The notes under the pieces were generated by a model. The model did no database searches. It had not been told where the DNA came from and saw only the letters and a list, made by a program, of their open reading frames with translations. A DNA stretch of 64,000 nucleotides from Patellaria atrata CBS 101060 (Eukaryota): NCBI GenBank assembly GCA_010093705.1, contig MU006093.1, positions 1,075,301-1,139,300 of the forward strand. Direction: 5' to 3'. Positions 53,801 to 64,000 of this stretch are shown here, one piece after another (within the stretch, counting starts at the first letter, position 1; each line of letters opens with the position of its first letter). The translations under genes and the position numbers were made by a program.

Positions 53801-55839
53801 ATCGATAACTTAATCGTCCATCAAGGGCCACCAGGGCTCCTTCTCGATCTGGTCATTTGGTCATGCTTCAAGGGCTTCCCCCACCATCACCACATTTCTT
53901 GCAGGGGTGTCATTTCAATCATTTCTCTACCTTTCTCACTACTGTATCTAACATCCTTCCGATATTCTCAATTGGTCGCATTTCTTCTCTTCTCCAATTG
54001 CCGTTCGTCCGCGATCAATATTCTCTTTGTTTACAACGATTACATCGTCCCACGACAAGCGCAATTAGCCTCTGTCGCATGAGGCTTGACGTTTGCTTCA
54101 CAGGCGCCTTCTAGTATTAGTACAGTTTGTTGGTGCGAGGTGCACGAACGGGGTCCCGCGATCTACAGCGCCCGGCGGCAGAAAGCGCATGGCCCCCGCC
54201 ATACCAAACAAGCTGCCACCTCACGGGGACAATGGCGGGGAAAACCGAACCGATAGGTTGGTTATAGGTTAACGGACCATTCACAAGCAGCTCAGCATCG
54301 CTTCTGAACTTGTCATGGCCTTGGACGTGTGCCTTGTTGCCTCGTTTCTTGCCTTGCAGCATCTGTTAAACAAGCACGGAAAGTCCCTGCGTCCCATCTT
54401 CTTAGGTTTCGTTCTCGGACGGAGAGCGACGGCTCAAAACCGTTTTGATCAATCATCAAAACCGATTTTCATTGACAAAGTTGATACCTCTTTCTTTGAA
54501 TCGTGAGCGGGTTCATAACCGTTGTCTCGAATTTCAGCTGAAACCATTGATGACTGACAGGTGTGTGTTGGTACGACTTTAGAAGGGCATGCATTCGTAA
54601 TTCCGCTTACGGCTGTTGCTTCGTGCGACCTTGCGCTTCATTTTATTGAAATTGACAATGGACCAGAGTCGGCAGATTGCTCATGCGCATTCGGCTTCAG
54701 TGCAACTCTCGCATATGCCACAATCAGGCCTTACTGTTATATACATAAGGTGCTCCGTATAGCTCTCGGCTAGCTGCCTTGACGTCATGGTTAGACACTC
54801 AAGTAGCATCCGATTCTCGTTAGGCTTTACAATCAATTCACAATATCTACCGGAGCGAGAAAAATTCCAGGTCTTTTGGGCCGAATCGGTGTCTGGCTTT
54901 GGAGCGGTTATTTCAGAATTTACCAAGTAAACTAAGGTAGTTATTCTCTTCATCTCATAGTTCCACTCCAATGTTAGCATTGTCTTCAAGCGATAACGGA
55001 CCGGTCACTACCAAATGGACGGAGAAACTCAAGAGTAGAATTGCACCGAACTGATCCAAAGATCACAGCTGAAACTATCTCACCAGCTTAGTACCATCTG
55101 ATACAGTTTCTCAGAAATCACAAAAGTACTTGTGATTTCGACCGAGCTTCCTGTCATGAGTATGATATCATAAAATTCTGCGTGACTGCCACCTCAATTG
55201 GAGTTCAATGCTAATAATGTCGAACAATTGGTCCTAGTCATATCAATTGAGGAGTTCCGGAATGATATCCGTCCTCGAAGAATGATCCAGAGGAACTCTG
55301 TACGCTCATACTCTAACCTCACATACTCACTGATCATACTTTGCGTTCCCTTGCCCATTATGCGCTTATTGTACACACAGGAGTGTATGTCAAATCTGTC
55401 TCACTGTGAGGTCCTGCAATAAGAGATTGTACAGCATAAGCCGACAGACAGTTTGCTGTAAACATAGCTAGAGAGGGGAACAACACTAGAGGAGATAAAG
55501 TTGTACTGTACAGTACAGTACAAGGTAGGCGAGGATTTATTGGTCAACGGTAGAGAGATTTTCCCATCTGTTTCATCATTCCCATGTGAATGATAAGTCA
55601 TAAATTAGCTCAAACCCTCCGTTACTACATTTGTAGAATCAAATGTGTGTGTCTGACGTGTAGAAAGGTTTGTACCTGATCGATTGCGCAGCTTCTATTA
55701 CCTATTCTAGAAGTCCCAAGGTTCCTGCCTAAAACGCGACATCCACCAATTGATCACCAAACATCACCTACCTCTTCGACCGCACTTACCTCAATAATCA
55801 AACACCAACAGCCATGACCGGCCGTATAGGCAGTAAAAA

Positions 55840-56763
55840 ATGCCCGCTACCCATCTTCCTACCACGCGCGCCTTCCTAACGTCTCTAATATCGTCCCTGC
55901 CGGCCCCGCAATCGTCAACATCATCCACAAACCCACTAAGAGACCTTCCCACATCGTCCAATTCTAGGAATACCTTATTGACATTGCACGTCCTCTTCCC
56001 AACCGAATTCCTTCCAGCATTGGATCTATTAGATCGCGGTTTGGTAACTCGGTATCGGATACAGGTGGATGCCAATACCGGCGTTAAGAGCGGGGATAAA
56101 GGACCGGGAACGGAAAAGAATGATCCAGACGGCCTAAATGACAATAAAGTAGATGGGAATCCTCAGGATGATTCACTGGCTCGCAGAGGTGATGACAATT
56201 TGGGTGGTGATGAAATAGGTGGAGATTACGGCGCACTCATCACCGAACAGGCAACCATTACGACGTCAGCAACAGGAGTGCTGGACCCAGACATTGAACC
56301 TAAAAAAGAAGAAAGGAGTCATATTGACCAGCGGGAGGAAGACGATCAAGGCCTCATTGTCTACTACGTCCGCTCCGCCCAACCCAAGCCAACACACCAG
56401 CGCTCCCAGTCCCGCTTCTACGATCCCAGCGCCGTGACATACGAAGTCAGACTCGGCGCTTGGAATTGCTCGTGTCCGGCTTTCGCGTTTGCCGCGTTTC
56501 CTGCTGCCTCAGCATCTCCTATATCAGCTACATTCCCCCCAGCTACCTCAATAATTCCTCAAGAGGAAAACATGGGAGGGGATGGTAAGGTAAATGATGA
56601 GCCCGATTGGATGTTTGGGGGGATCAGTAACGGGATAGCGGTCTGTAAGCACCTTTTTGCATGCATACTGGCGGAGAAATGTCCGCTCTTTAAAGGGTCT
56701 GTAGAGGAGAAAATGATCGGCATTGAGGAAGCTGCTGGCATGGCGGCTGGATGGGCTGGATGA
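55840..56763 (+). CDS. SWIM zinc-finger protein, Sws1/ZSWIM7 (Shu complex)-like
   Basis: LLTLHVLFP...ALDLLDR and YEVRLGAWNCSCPAF...VCKHLFAC (CxC...CxH SWIM signature); single exon. Confidence 0.8.
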   Translation: MPATHLPTTRAFLTSLISSLPAPQSSTSSTNPLRDLPTSSNSRNTLLTLHVLFPTEFLPALDLLDRGLVTRYRIQVDANTGVKSGDKGPGTEKNDPDGLNDNKVDGNPQDDSLARRGDDNLGGDEIGGDYGALITEQATITTSATGVLDPDIEPKKEERSHIDQREEDDQGLIVYYVRSAQPKPTHQRSQSRFYDPSAVTYEVRLGAWNCSCPAFAFAAFPAASASPISATFPPATSIIPQEENMGGDGKVNDEPDWMFGGISNGIAVCKHLFACILAEKCPLFKGSVEEKMIGIEEAAGMAAGWAG

Positions 56764-58946
56764 AATCTCTACGGCACCTTTGAGTCTAGAAGATGCCATG
56801 AGAGGAATTCTCTCGGTTTGGTCTGAGCGACTACTTGCTGATTTGACCTATGGAGCGTCCAGAAACTTGAGTGTTTTCAACGACAGACAAAGGGAAGCTG
56901 GTTCTATCAGAACTGTGTTCATCCTGATAATACAATGATAACATGAGCGCTTGAGGGCCGTATTGGTCTGCCAATTACCACGTCGGTTCCTTCCGATCAG
57001 TGCTAAAGTTATCATCAGTCCTACCTTCTTATCTTAATCTCTTCTAATCCCAATGTGAAATTTGATACCTGAATCTTTATTTACGTCATGTAGCTTTCTA
57101 AAATTATCTTTCTTTCCTCTGCCTTAAAAGAAGGTTACAAAACAGTATAAACACCTACACCCCTTTCACCTCACCTTCCAGGGTTGATACAACCCTAGAA
57201 TCGACCCTGATCTCATACCAGCGGTACATATATCCCCCTCGCAGAGTCCCTTCTAATCCCCTACCACATTTCATTCCACATTATTCTCAGTACGCCTTAA
57301 TCACTATACGCTCGCTTTTACAATCTTCAACACCAGTATCAGAGCCAAAATGTTAACAGCTCTCCTGGAATATACCCTTGACCGTTTCCCGAGGACAGAA
57401 TCCTTCACAGAGCTTGTCCCATTACGTCCAACGGAATATCGGACAATTCCTAAGGACAAGTGTAAAGTGAGCCCTGAATACGAGAATAAGGGAAGAGTTA
57501 ACCATTACTGTCCCACCCCTGTTATAATTACTGTGTCGAAGACCCTATACACCTAAGTGTTGGCTTACTGTGGTACTATGCCGTACCAAGGATTCGAAAA
57601 TCATTCTTCTACGTCACAATGTATCTATCGCTTTCTCTCACTTTCTGGTACTATCGATATTAGACTTATGTTAGAATAAAGCAGAAGCAATCACGTTCCC
57701 GAAATATAGCGAAGAAGAAAGGAGAGTATATCATATTATATTAGTAAAATAGTCCCGGGTTAATATCGAAAGAAATGCCTCCCTAAACCCCTAAGTTTAT
57801 TTTATTTTAATTTTTTTTTTAATTTTTTTTTAATTAATTATATTTATTGTCTAACAACCGGTCCCATTTAGGGTCCATGTAGACTAAATATAGTGATAAG
57901 CAGGAAAACCTAATAGGAAAAACACTCTTTTGTTGTGCATATAGCGAGAGGGTCCGCTGAGTTTATTCGGGTTGCGTTATTAGCCATTGACAGAAGGATA
58001 TCAAAGTGTAGAACCACCACGCCAGTACGGTCTCAGTTCTTAAAATATTTATTAAGTTAGGACGGTCGAGACTTATAAGAAACCAAGGTTTTTAGAGGCT
58101 TGAGGAAGATTATTTAACTATAGAGCGATATAATCTAGTACATACGGTATGAACGAGTATAAAATTAGGGAGTACCGAATGTATAAGTATAAATCCGGGA
58201 GTATCGGGAACCCACGCGGAGGTATCGGGAAGTATCGGGTACGTGTAGAACTGGAGAGTAGAGGACTATGTATAAATTGGGGATATCATGTTAAGGATAA
58301 CAAATATAAATTGATTCGCCAGGGTATTCTGGTAGGGTTAGAGTGAGAGTTCCAATAAGAGGCTATTTGATAACTATATGCCCAGGACAGTATATCTTAT
58401 ACGAGTAGACGCTAGGGGCACTGTTGACCTTAAGTTAATATAGTGAGCGCATTTATTTCGAGGGAACGGTTCTAGGATGGAGATTACTTAGGGCGAGTAT
58501 GAACTACAGGATCCGTATTGTGAGAGTTCGGGCGAGATCTGTTTGGGAAGGGGTACTGTATAATGTAAGTAGTGAGCGTTGCCCCGTAATCTATATAATC
58601 TGTATGGACTGTCTATTCTGATCGATATGTACCGTCTGGGGTCAGGGGTAAAGTTTTGTTGAGAGGTATGGTCTGGCTGAAACGCACAGCGCATAGTGTT
58701 GTTGAGATATACATCTAACGTGGACGGTCTATATCTGCAGGCGGTTTTCACAATCGACCCTTCTTGTACAGTTTAGTATTTCATAGTAATAGAGTATGGA
58801 TACATACAAGCAGAGTGGAATACCATCCCCTGTCCTAACTGTAGAGCAACCAAGGCGCTAATGCCTTCCTTTCCCATATTCATATTTCGCTCTGTTCATA
58901 GTATACAGGTTTGTTCATCCTAAAGACACATCCAAAGCGCCCAAAA

Positions 58947-59889
58947 TCAATGATCCTTGTCCCCGCCCCTCCTCCGCCTCCTGTCATCTTCATGAGCGGG
59001 ACAATAACCCAATGCGAACCCAGGGACATCATCCGCTTTCTTTCCCCACGCCTTTCCTAGCAACCAGTCCGTGACACTGATCACTCTCGTCATTCTATCC
59101 CAGTTCCCACCCTCCTCCGCATGCTCGATCGTATGCGTTGCAATCCGACCCTCCTCATCGAACTCGAAGTAAAACAGCCCATGGAACTCCTCCTCCTTAC
59201 CACGCAGGAAATCCGTCAACCGCTCAGCCTGGCTGCTCACATCGCTGTCCTTCGCTTTAGCCCGACCACAGGTCTTCCAGCGCACGATCAGCTTCTCGTG
59301 TCGTAGGTTAGATGGTGTGGAAGAGCTGCCGTTTCGTACGAGGCGTTCGGAGAGAATTATAAGTTTGATATTGCCGACGACAGGGATGCGGCCCCAAGCG
59401 ACCGGTGCAGTCCAGAGTGCTGCAGTGTAGCCGATGCGACCGCTCACAGTGGGGAGGTGAGGGTGTGTGGAGGGGAAGAGGTTTAAGGTTATGTGAGGGG
59501 AGAGAATTTCTTGGGGTAGTGGGGAGACTAGGAGGGTGGGTAGGCGTTCATGGAGGATACGGATTGCTGCGATAGTTAGTGATATATCCCTAATACGATC
59601 ATTGTTTCAATCGGAATCCATACGTACTTTTACCAAGTTTGAGGGTCCGCTCATCTGGAGGTTTTCCGTCTCCTTCTATGCCTAGTGGGACTACGTTTGG
59701 ACATGGTATGCTGCTATTGAACCATACCTCTGAGAATGAAGAAAGAGTCGAATCCCGTACGTTGGTTAAAGTACGCCTGGGTTGATAGAATACCGGGATA
59801 AGAAAATGTTCGGGTTTATGATATGGTTTTACTGCATGTGCGCGACTGTGATTGAGAAGCGACACTCTCCGCATCAGCCCGGCGGTCAT
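58947..59889 (-). CDS. Conserved fungal hypothetical protein with a predicted mitochondrial presequence
   Basis: ORF 59599..59889 joins via intron 59567-59627 to give KPPDERTLKLGKTIRILHERLPTLL...FPSTHPHLPTVSGR...EFHGLFYFEFDEEGRI. Confidence 0.8.
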
Positions 59890-61108
59890 TGAAACGGTGT
59901 AGGGTACATGTGGAATGATTTTGCGTAGAGATGAAATGTTAGGTTGGGAGAAAAATCAGATATTGAAGAATAATGGCATTGACCGAGGAATTTGGCGATT
60001 GATGGTATGGAGTGAGGTAATCAGCCACGTGCCAAGCGCCGGGGTATCTTTATCGATAACGGTTCAATAATAGTGGAGCTCTTCATCCCTAGAAATCACC
60101 AGTTCACCACTCTACCTACCCGACCTTCTACTACTTTGCATCTTCATATAATTCAGGACTTAAATGTCTTTTAGGTGCATTGTGTGGAGGCTTAAGTGAT
60201 TTCCGAAGAGATCAGTTCGTTTCTTTCGTGTCACTTATAATCAGAAGGAACGCTCACATTCATCGTTCCAGCTCGTTATACTAAAGCTGTCATTGATTCA
60301 CAACTTATTATCAGCATAGGACACAAAAGAATAACGTCTAATAGGGAAAGCGCAGGCAAATGTAAGGCCGCTATAGAAAAACATACAAACACGTTCGTAA
60401 GAGTTCTCAGTGAGTCTTACTACTTCAATGATCTTATCCTGCGTTCTTAAAGTGCTCGAATCTTGGAGATACCTTGTTCTCTAGATCCTTGAGGTAAGAA
60501 GATATCCAGGTAATCCAATGAATAGACGGGAAAGGTAAGGAGGTCTCACACTTCCGCTTGTATATGAATATCACCGTTATAGTGATTATAGAGAGTACCT
60601 GGTACCTCATGTAGGCAAACTATTAGTTATGAACTGAGAAGGTACAATAATGCTTATTGTTACACGACATATTGATTGGCGAGTGCATCTGTTCCGCTCA
60701 AATTTCCGTAATGATGTAGGCTAGCATTTGGTAGAAGGTTACGTACAGTACAGTATAGTATAGTGCTACCTTATACCTGGTAGAATCAGTACGGTAGTAC
60801 TTTACCGCACAACATCATACATTAATTGAGTATGAAAAAAGGTTAGAAGAAGATAAAAAGGTTTAGGACTACGAGTAAATTGAAGCGAGTCGTATCACTG
60901 GGCTGAATGGCTTGGCAGAATGACCACCGCCCAGCTTTTCTTGCGGACTAAAAAAAGTTCATGCCGGCGGTCAGCAACGGATGCAAAGTACATTCTCCGT
61001 TTACGGATCCTTTGATAACTTTGATTTAAAAGCTATCCTGATCTCTTTCCGTACACGCGGTGCTATCAATTCCTCTGTCAGAGTCCTCAGTGCCATCCTT
61101 TCCATCCA

Positions 61109-62382
61109 ATGTCTCCTATCCCGACTGAGGTTGTCGCGAAAACGGGCCTGGCAGTTCCGGGTTCTTCTGCCGTTGAATACAAGAAAGAATCTGCGGCTGC
61201 ACGATTCCTCGGCGCAGGTACATCAATGTGGAATTCCCTCTTAGCATCTTAATCTGACTCGAGTAGGATGCGCCGGTATTGCTGAATTGATGGTCTTCCA
61301 TCCGGTTAGCTCCCCAGTAGATATCGAAGTTTCGAATATGTACTTACAATAGGCGAATAGGTTGACACCACCGCCAAACGATTGATGAGCAATCAGACTA
61401 GAGTTCGTACCCAACTCACCAATATATCTGCTCGACCGCTCACTAAGAGCTCCTCATAGATCACATCCGCCGCTCAACTCAGCGCTGTTGTATTCAAGGA
61501 TAAAGCCGCTGCACCTATCGGGACCCGATTTTTCTCCCTCTTTCCGGGACTTGGATACGCGGCTGCATACAAGGTTCGTCTTATATACATGGACAATTCA
61601 GACAAGATAAACTAAATGGCGCGAAGATTCTACAAAGAGTTTATAAGTATGGAGGCCAGCCGTTTGCTCGCGACTATCTAGCTAAGCACCATGGAGATAC
61701 CTTCGATCGAACGTTCGGCAAGGGTAACGGAAAGGCTATCATGCATGCTACAGCTGGAAGGTCGGTCTTCTCATCTGATATAACATCCCTGAGCAATTCT
61801 TCTGACAGGTTATAGTCTGATCGGTATTGGCGAGATCGTTATCCTACCATTGGACGTTTTGAAGATCAAGAGGCAAACAAATCCTGAAGCTTTTAGGGGA
61901 AGAGGTATTTTCAGAATCATTGCGGATGAAGGCTTCGGACTTTATAGAGGATGGGGCTGGACAGCAGCTCGTAACGCACCCGGTTCCTTCGCTGTAAGTT
62001 TCATGTTACTGCTCTATAATATAAAGCATCTAACTCACGAAAACAGCTCTTTGGTGGTTCGGCAGCGGCAAAACAATATCTCTACAAGCTCAGCGATTAC
62101 AACAAGGCTACGTGGAGTCAGAATTTCGTGGCATCCATTGCTGGTGCTACCGCATCCCTCGTCGTCTCCGCACCGCTCGACGTCATCAAGACTCGTATTC
62201 AAAATAAGAACTTCGAGGCTAAGGAAAGCGGATTTAGAATCGTCTCAAATATGGCAAAGACCGAAGGCTTCGGTAGTTTCTTCAAGGGCCTTACTCCTAA
62301 GCTTTTGATGACAGGCCCCAAGCTAGTGTTCTCATTCTGGCTTGCGCAGACTCTGATACCAGCGTTCAGCAAGGTCATATAA
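61109..62382 (+). CDS. GGC1: Mitochondrial GTP/GDP carrier (Ggc1/Yhm1)
   Basis: FHPVDTTAKRLMSN, LFPGLGYAAAYK, PLDVLKIKRQTNPEAF, WTAARNAPGSFA and PLDVIKTRIQN carrier signatures; six introns. Confidence 0.95.
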
Positions 62383-63043
62383 TGTGGCACAGTAGTACAC
62401 TTCACTGGAGTTCTGGAACGGGTCAAGGTTAACCGCAACTTTAGCGGTCTGTTGAAGGGGTTGGTGTTACTTTCTCTGTCAAAAATTCTTCGTCCTTTTT
62501 GTACAGTTATGAGAAATCTGGTCACCATCCATAGGTTCGAAGATGTTCATTTCGCGGCAGGTATTCCGGCATGCTTAGTGTAGAGACGATTTCTCCGGGT
62601 GATGTTTGATTGTAAAGATAGGCACACGTAAGGCATAAGAGACAGATGTCGGTCAGTTCTGAGACATTTACATGCATCACGTGAAACATGCGATCCAGGA
62701 CAATGGAATTCCATGGTCATGCACTTTGATATGTCGTATCTTGTCCAGTTCAGCAGCTGCCTTATGTAGTCAACTATACTATACACGGAAACGACTGGCT
62801 TCGCTCTCCTTCATCCTGTTGAGGCCTATCTTTGCGCTGTATTGGGTTAGCGTCTTGGCGTTGCAGCGCTGGAGCGTGACATCTTACAGACAGGCACCGC
62901 CGCCTCAAACCTCCATAAAAACAACATCACAAATTTCGGCTGAGCTACATCAACGTCGCTCTCCATAAAACGCCTCTCGACGCATCCCTATCTTCGCGTC
63001 TTCTATTCACCCTTCCCCCGCTGCTTTCAACACTCGACGCAAC

Positions 63044-64000
63044 ATGAATCCAGAGTAGTACGTCGCCCTGTTTTAGAAAACCTCCGCTCACCTTCTGGGC
63101 GGTGTGTTGCATGTTCTGATGTGCTCACTACCTTGATAACGAAGCTGACCTGTATTCTTTAGAGTATAAACGAAGATTCAAACCTGTTGACCCCATCATG
63201 CGTTCTACCTTTTCCGTGGTTGATGATGCTGATATTATTCCGACGTAAAGATACGATTATCTCTTCAAGCTGCTCTTGATCGGAGATTCCGGTGTAGGAA
63301 AATCTTGTCTGCTCTTGAGGTTTGCAGATGATACCTATACCGAGAGCTACATTTCCACCATCGGAGTCGATTTCGTGCGTCGACCTTGTGAAATGCTTCC
63401 GACGGACTGGTACTGATGGAGATGATAGAAAATCCGTACAATCGAGCTGGACGGAAAGACTGTGAAACTCCAGATCGTATGTACCATGAAATCGAACAGC
63501 TGAGGAAGGCATAACTTATAGTGATTTTCCAGTGGGATACTGCCGGCCAGGAGCGCTTCCGCACAATCACCTCCTCGTACTACCGCGGAGCACACGGCAT
63601 TTGCGTTGTCTATGATGTGACGGACATGGACTCGTTCAACAACGTGAAGCAGTGGCTACAAGAGATTGACAGGTATGCCACAGAGGGTGTCAACAAACTC
63701 TTGGTGGGCAACAAGTCAGATATGGCCGACAAGAAGGTTGTGGAGTACACAGTAGCAAAGGTATTGTCATATTGAATGATCTTAGATTGTCATCGCTTGC
63801 ATGTTACTAACAGTGACAAGGAATTCGCGGACAGTCTTGGTATCCCCTTCCTCGAAACATCCGCCAAGAACGCATCCAATGTCGAGCAAGCTTTCTTAAC
63901 CATGGCCAGGCAAATCAAGGAGCGTATGGGCACTACCGCTGTTAATAACAAGCCCACCGTCCCCATCGGCCAAGGTCAAGGTGTACAATCCGGTTCGGCC
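63044..64000 (+). CDS. YPT1: Rab1/Ypt1 small GTPase (truncated by window end)
   Basis: [49 protein letters not shown] and ETSAK motifs; complex first intron (see findings). Confidence 0.97.
63055..63250 (+). other. Candidate [D3,4] spliceosomal twin intron (stwintron)
   Basis: GTA | GTACGT...GCTGAC...TTTAG (63058-63162) | AGT... Excising the inner intron yields a GTAAGT donor; outer branch GCTGAT at ~63228 and acceptor AAG at 63250. Confidence 0.75.

Overview
Gene-dense, intron-rich chromosomal segment from a filamentous ascomycete (Pezizomycotina). This is inferred from short GT-AG introns with CTRAC/CTRAY branch sites and fungal housekeeping orthologues. About 23 protein-coding genes were identified: a DUF1640/MCUR1-like mitochondrial protein, RVB2, a 1.2k-aa coiled-coil protein, ESS2/DGCR14, POP8-like, TIF6, RAD23, FAR11/HAM-2, HEM13, ATG8, a small spliced NCE101 missed by the ORF track, an M1 aminopeptidase (APE2-like), BC10/BLCAP-like, an HD hydrolase, PEX16, RPN8, a FUN19-like SWIRM protein, a SWS1-like SWIM protein, GGC1, YPT1 (3'-truncated) and several hypothetical proteins. 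Most notable observations: (1) the first intron of YPT1 appears to be a nested 'stwintron', in which removing an internal intron rebuilds a perfect GTAAGT donor for the external intron; (2) a three-copy, ~205-236 bp degenerate tandem repeat at 12.8-13.5 kb; (3) 16 CAATTG palindromes in the 4.7-kb region upstream of the SWIRM gene; (4) a GC-AG intron and an N-terminal extension in the aminopeptidase; (5) a 16-bp minisatellite bracketed by 12-bp direct repeats. All family assignments are from motif recognition, not database searches.
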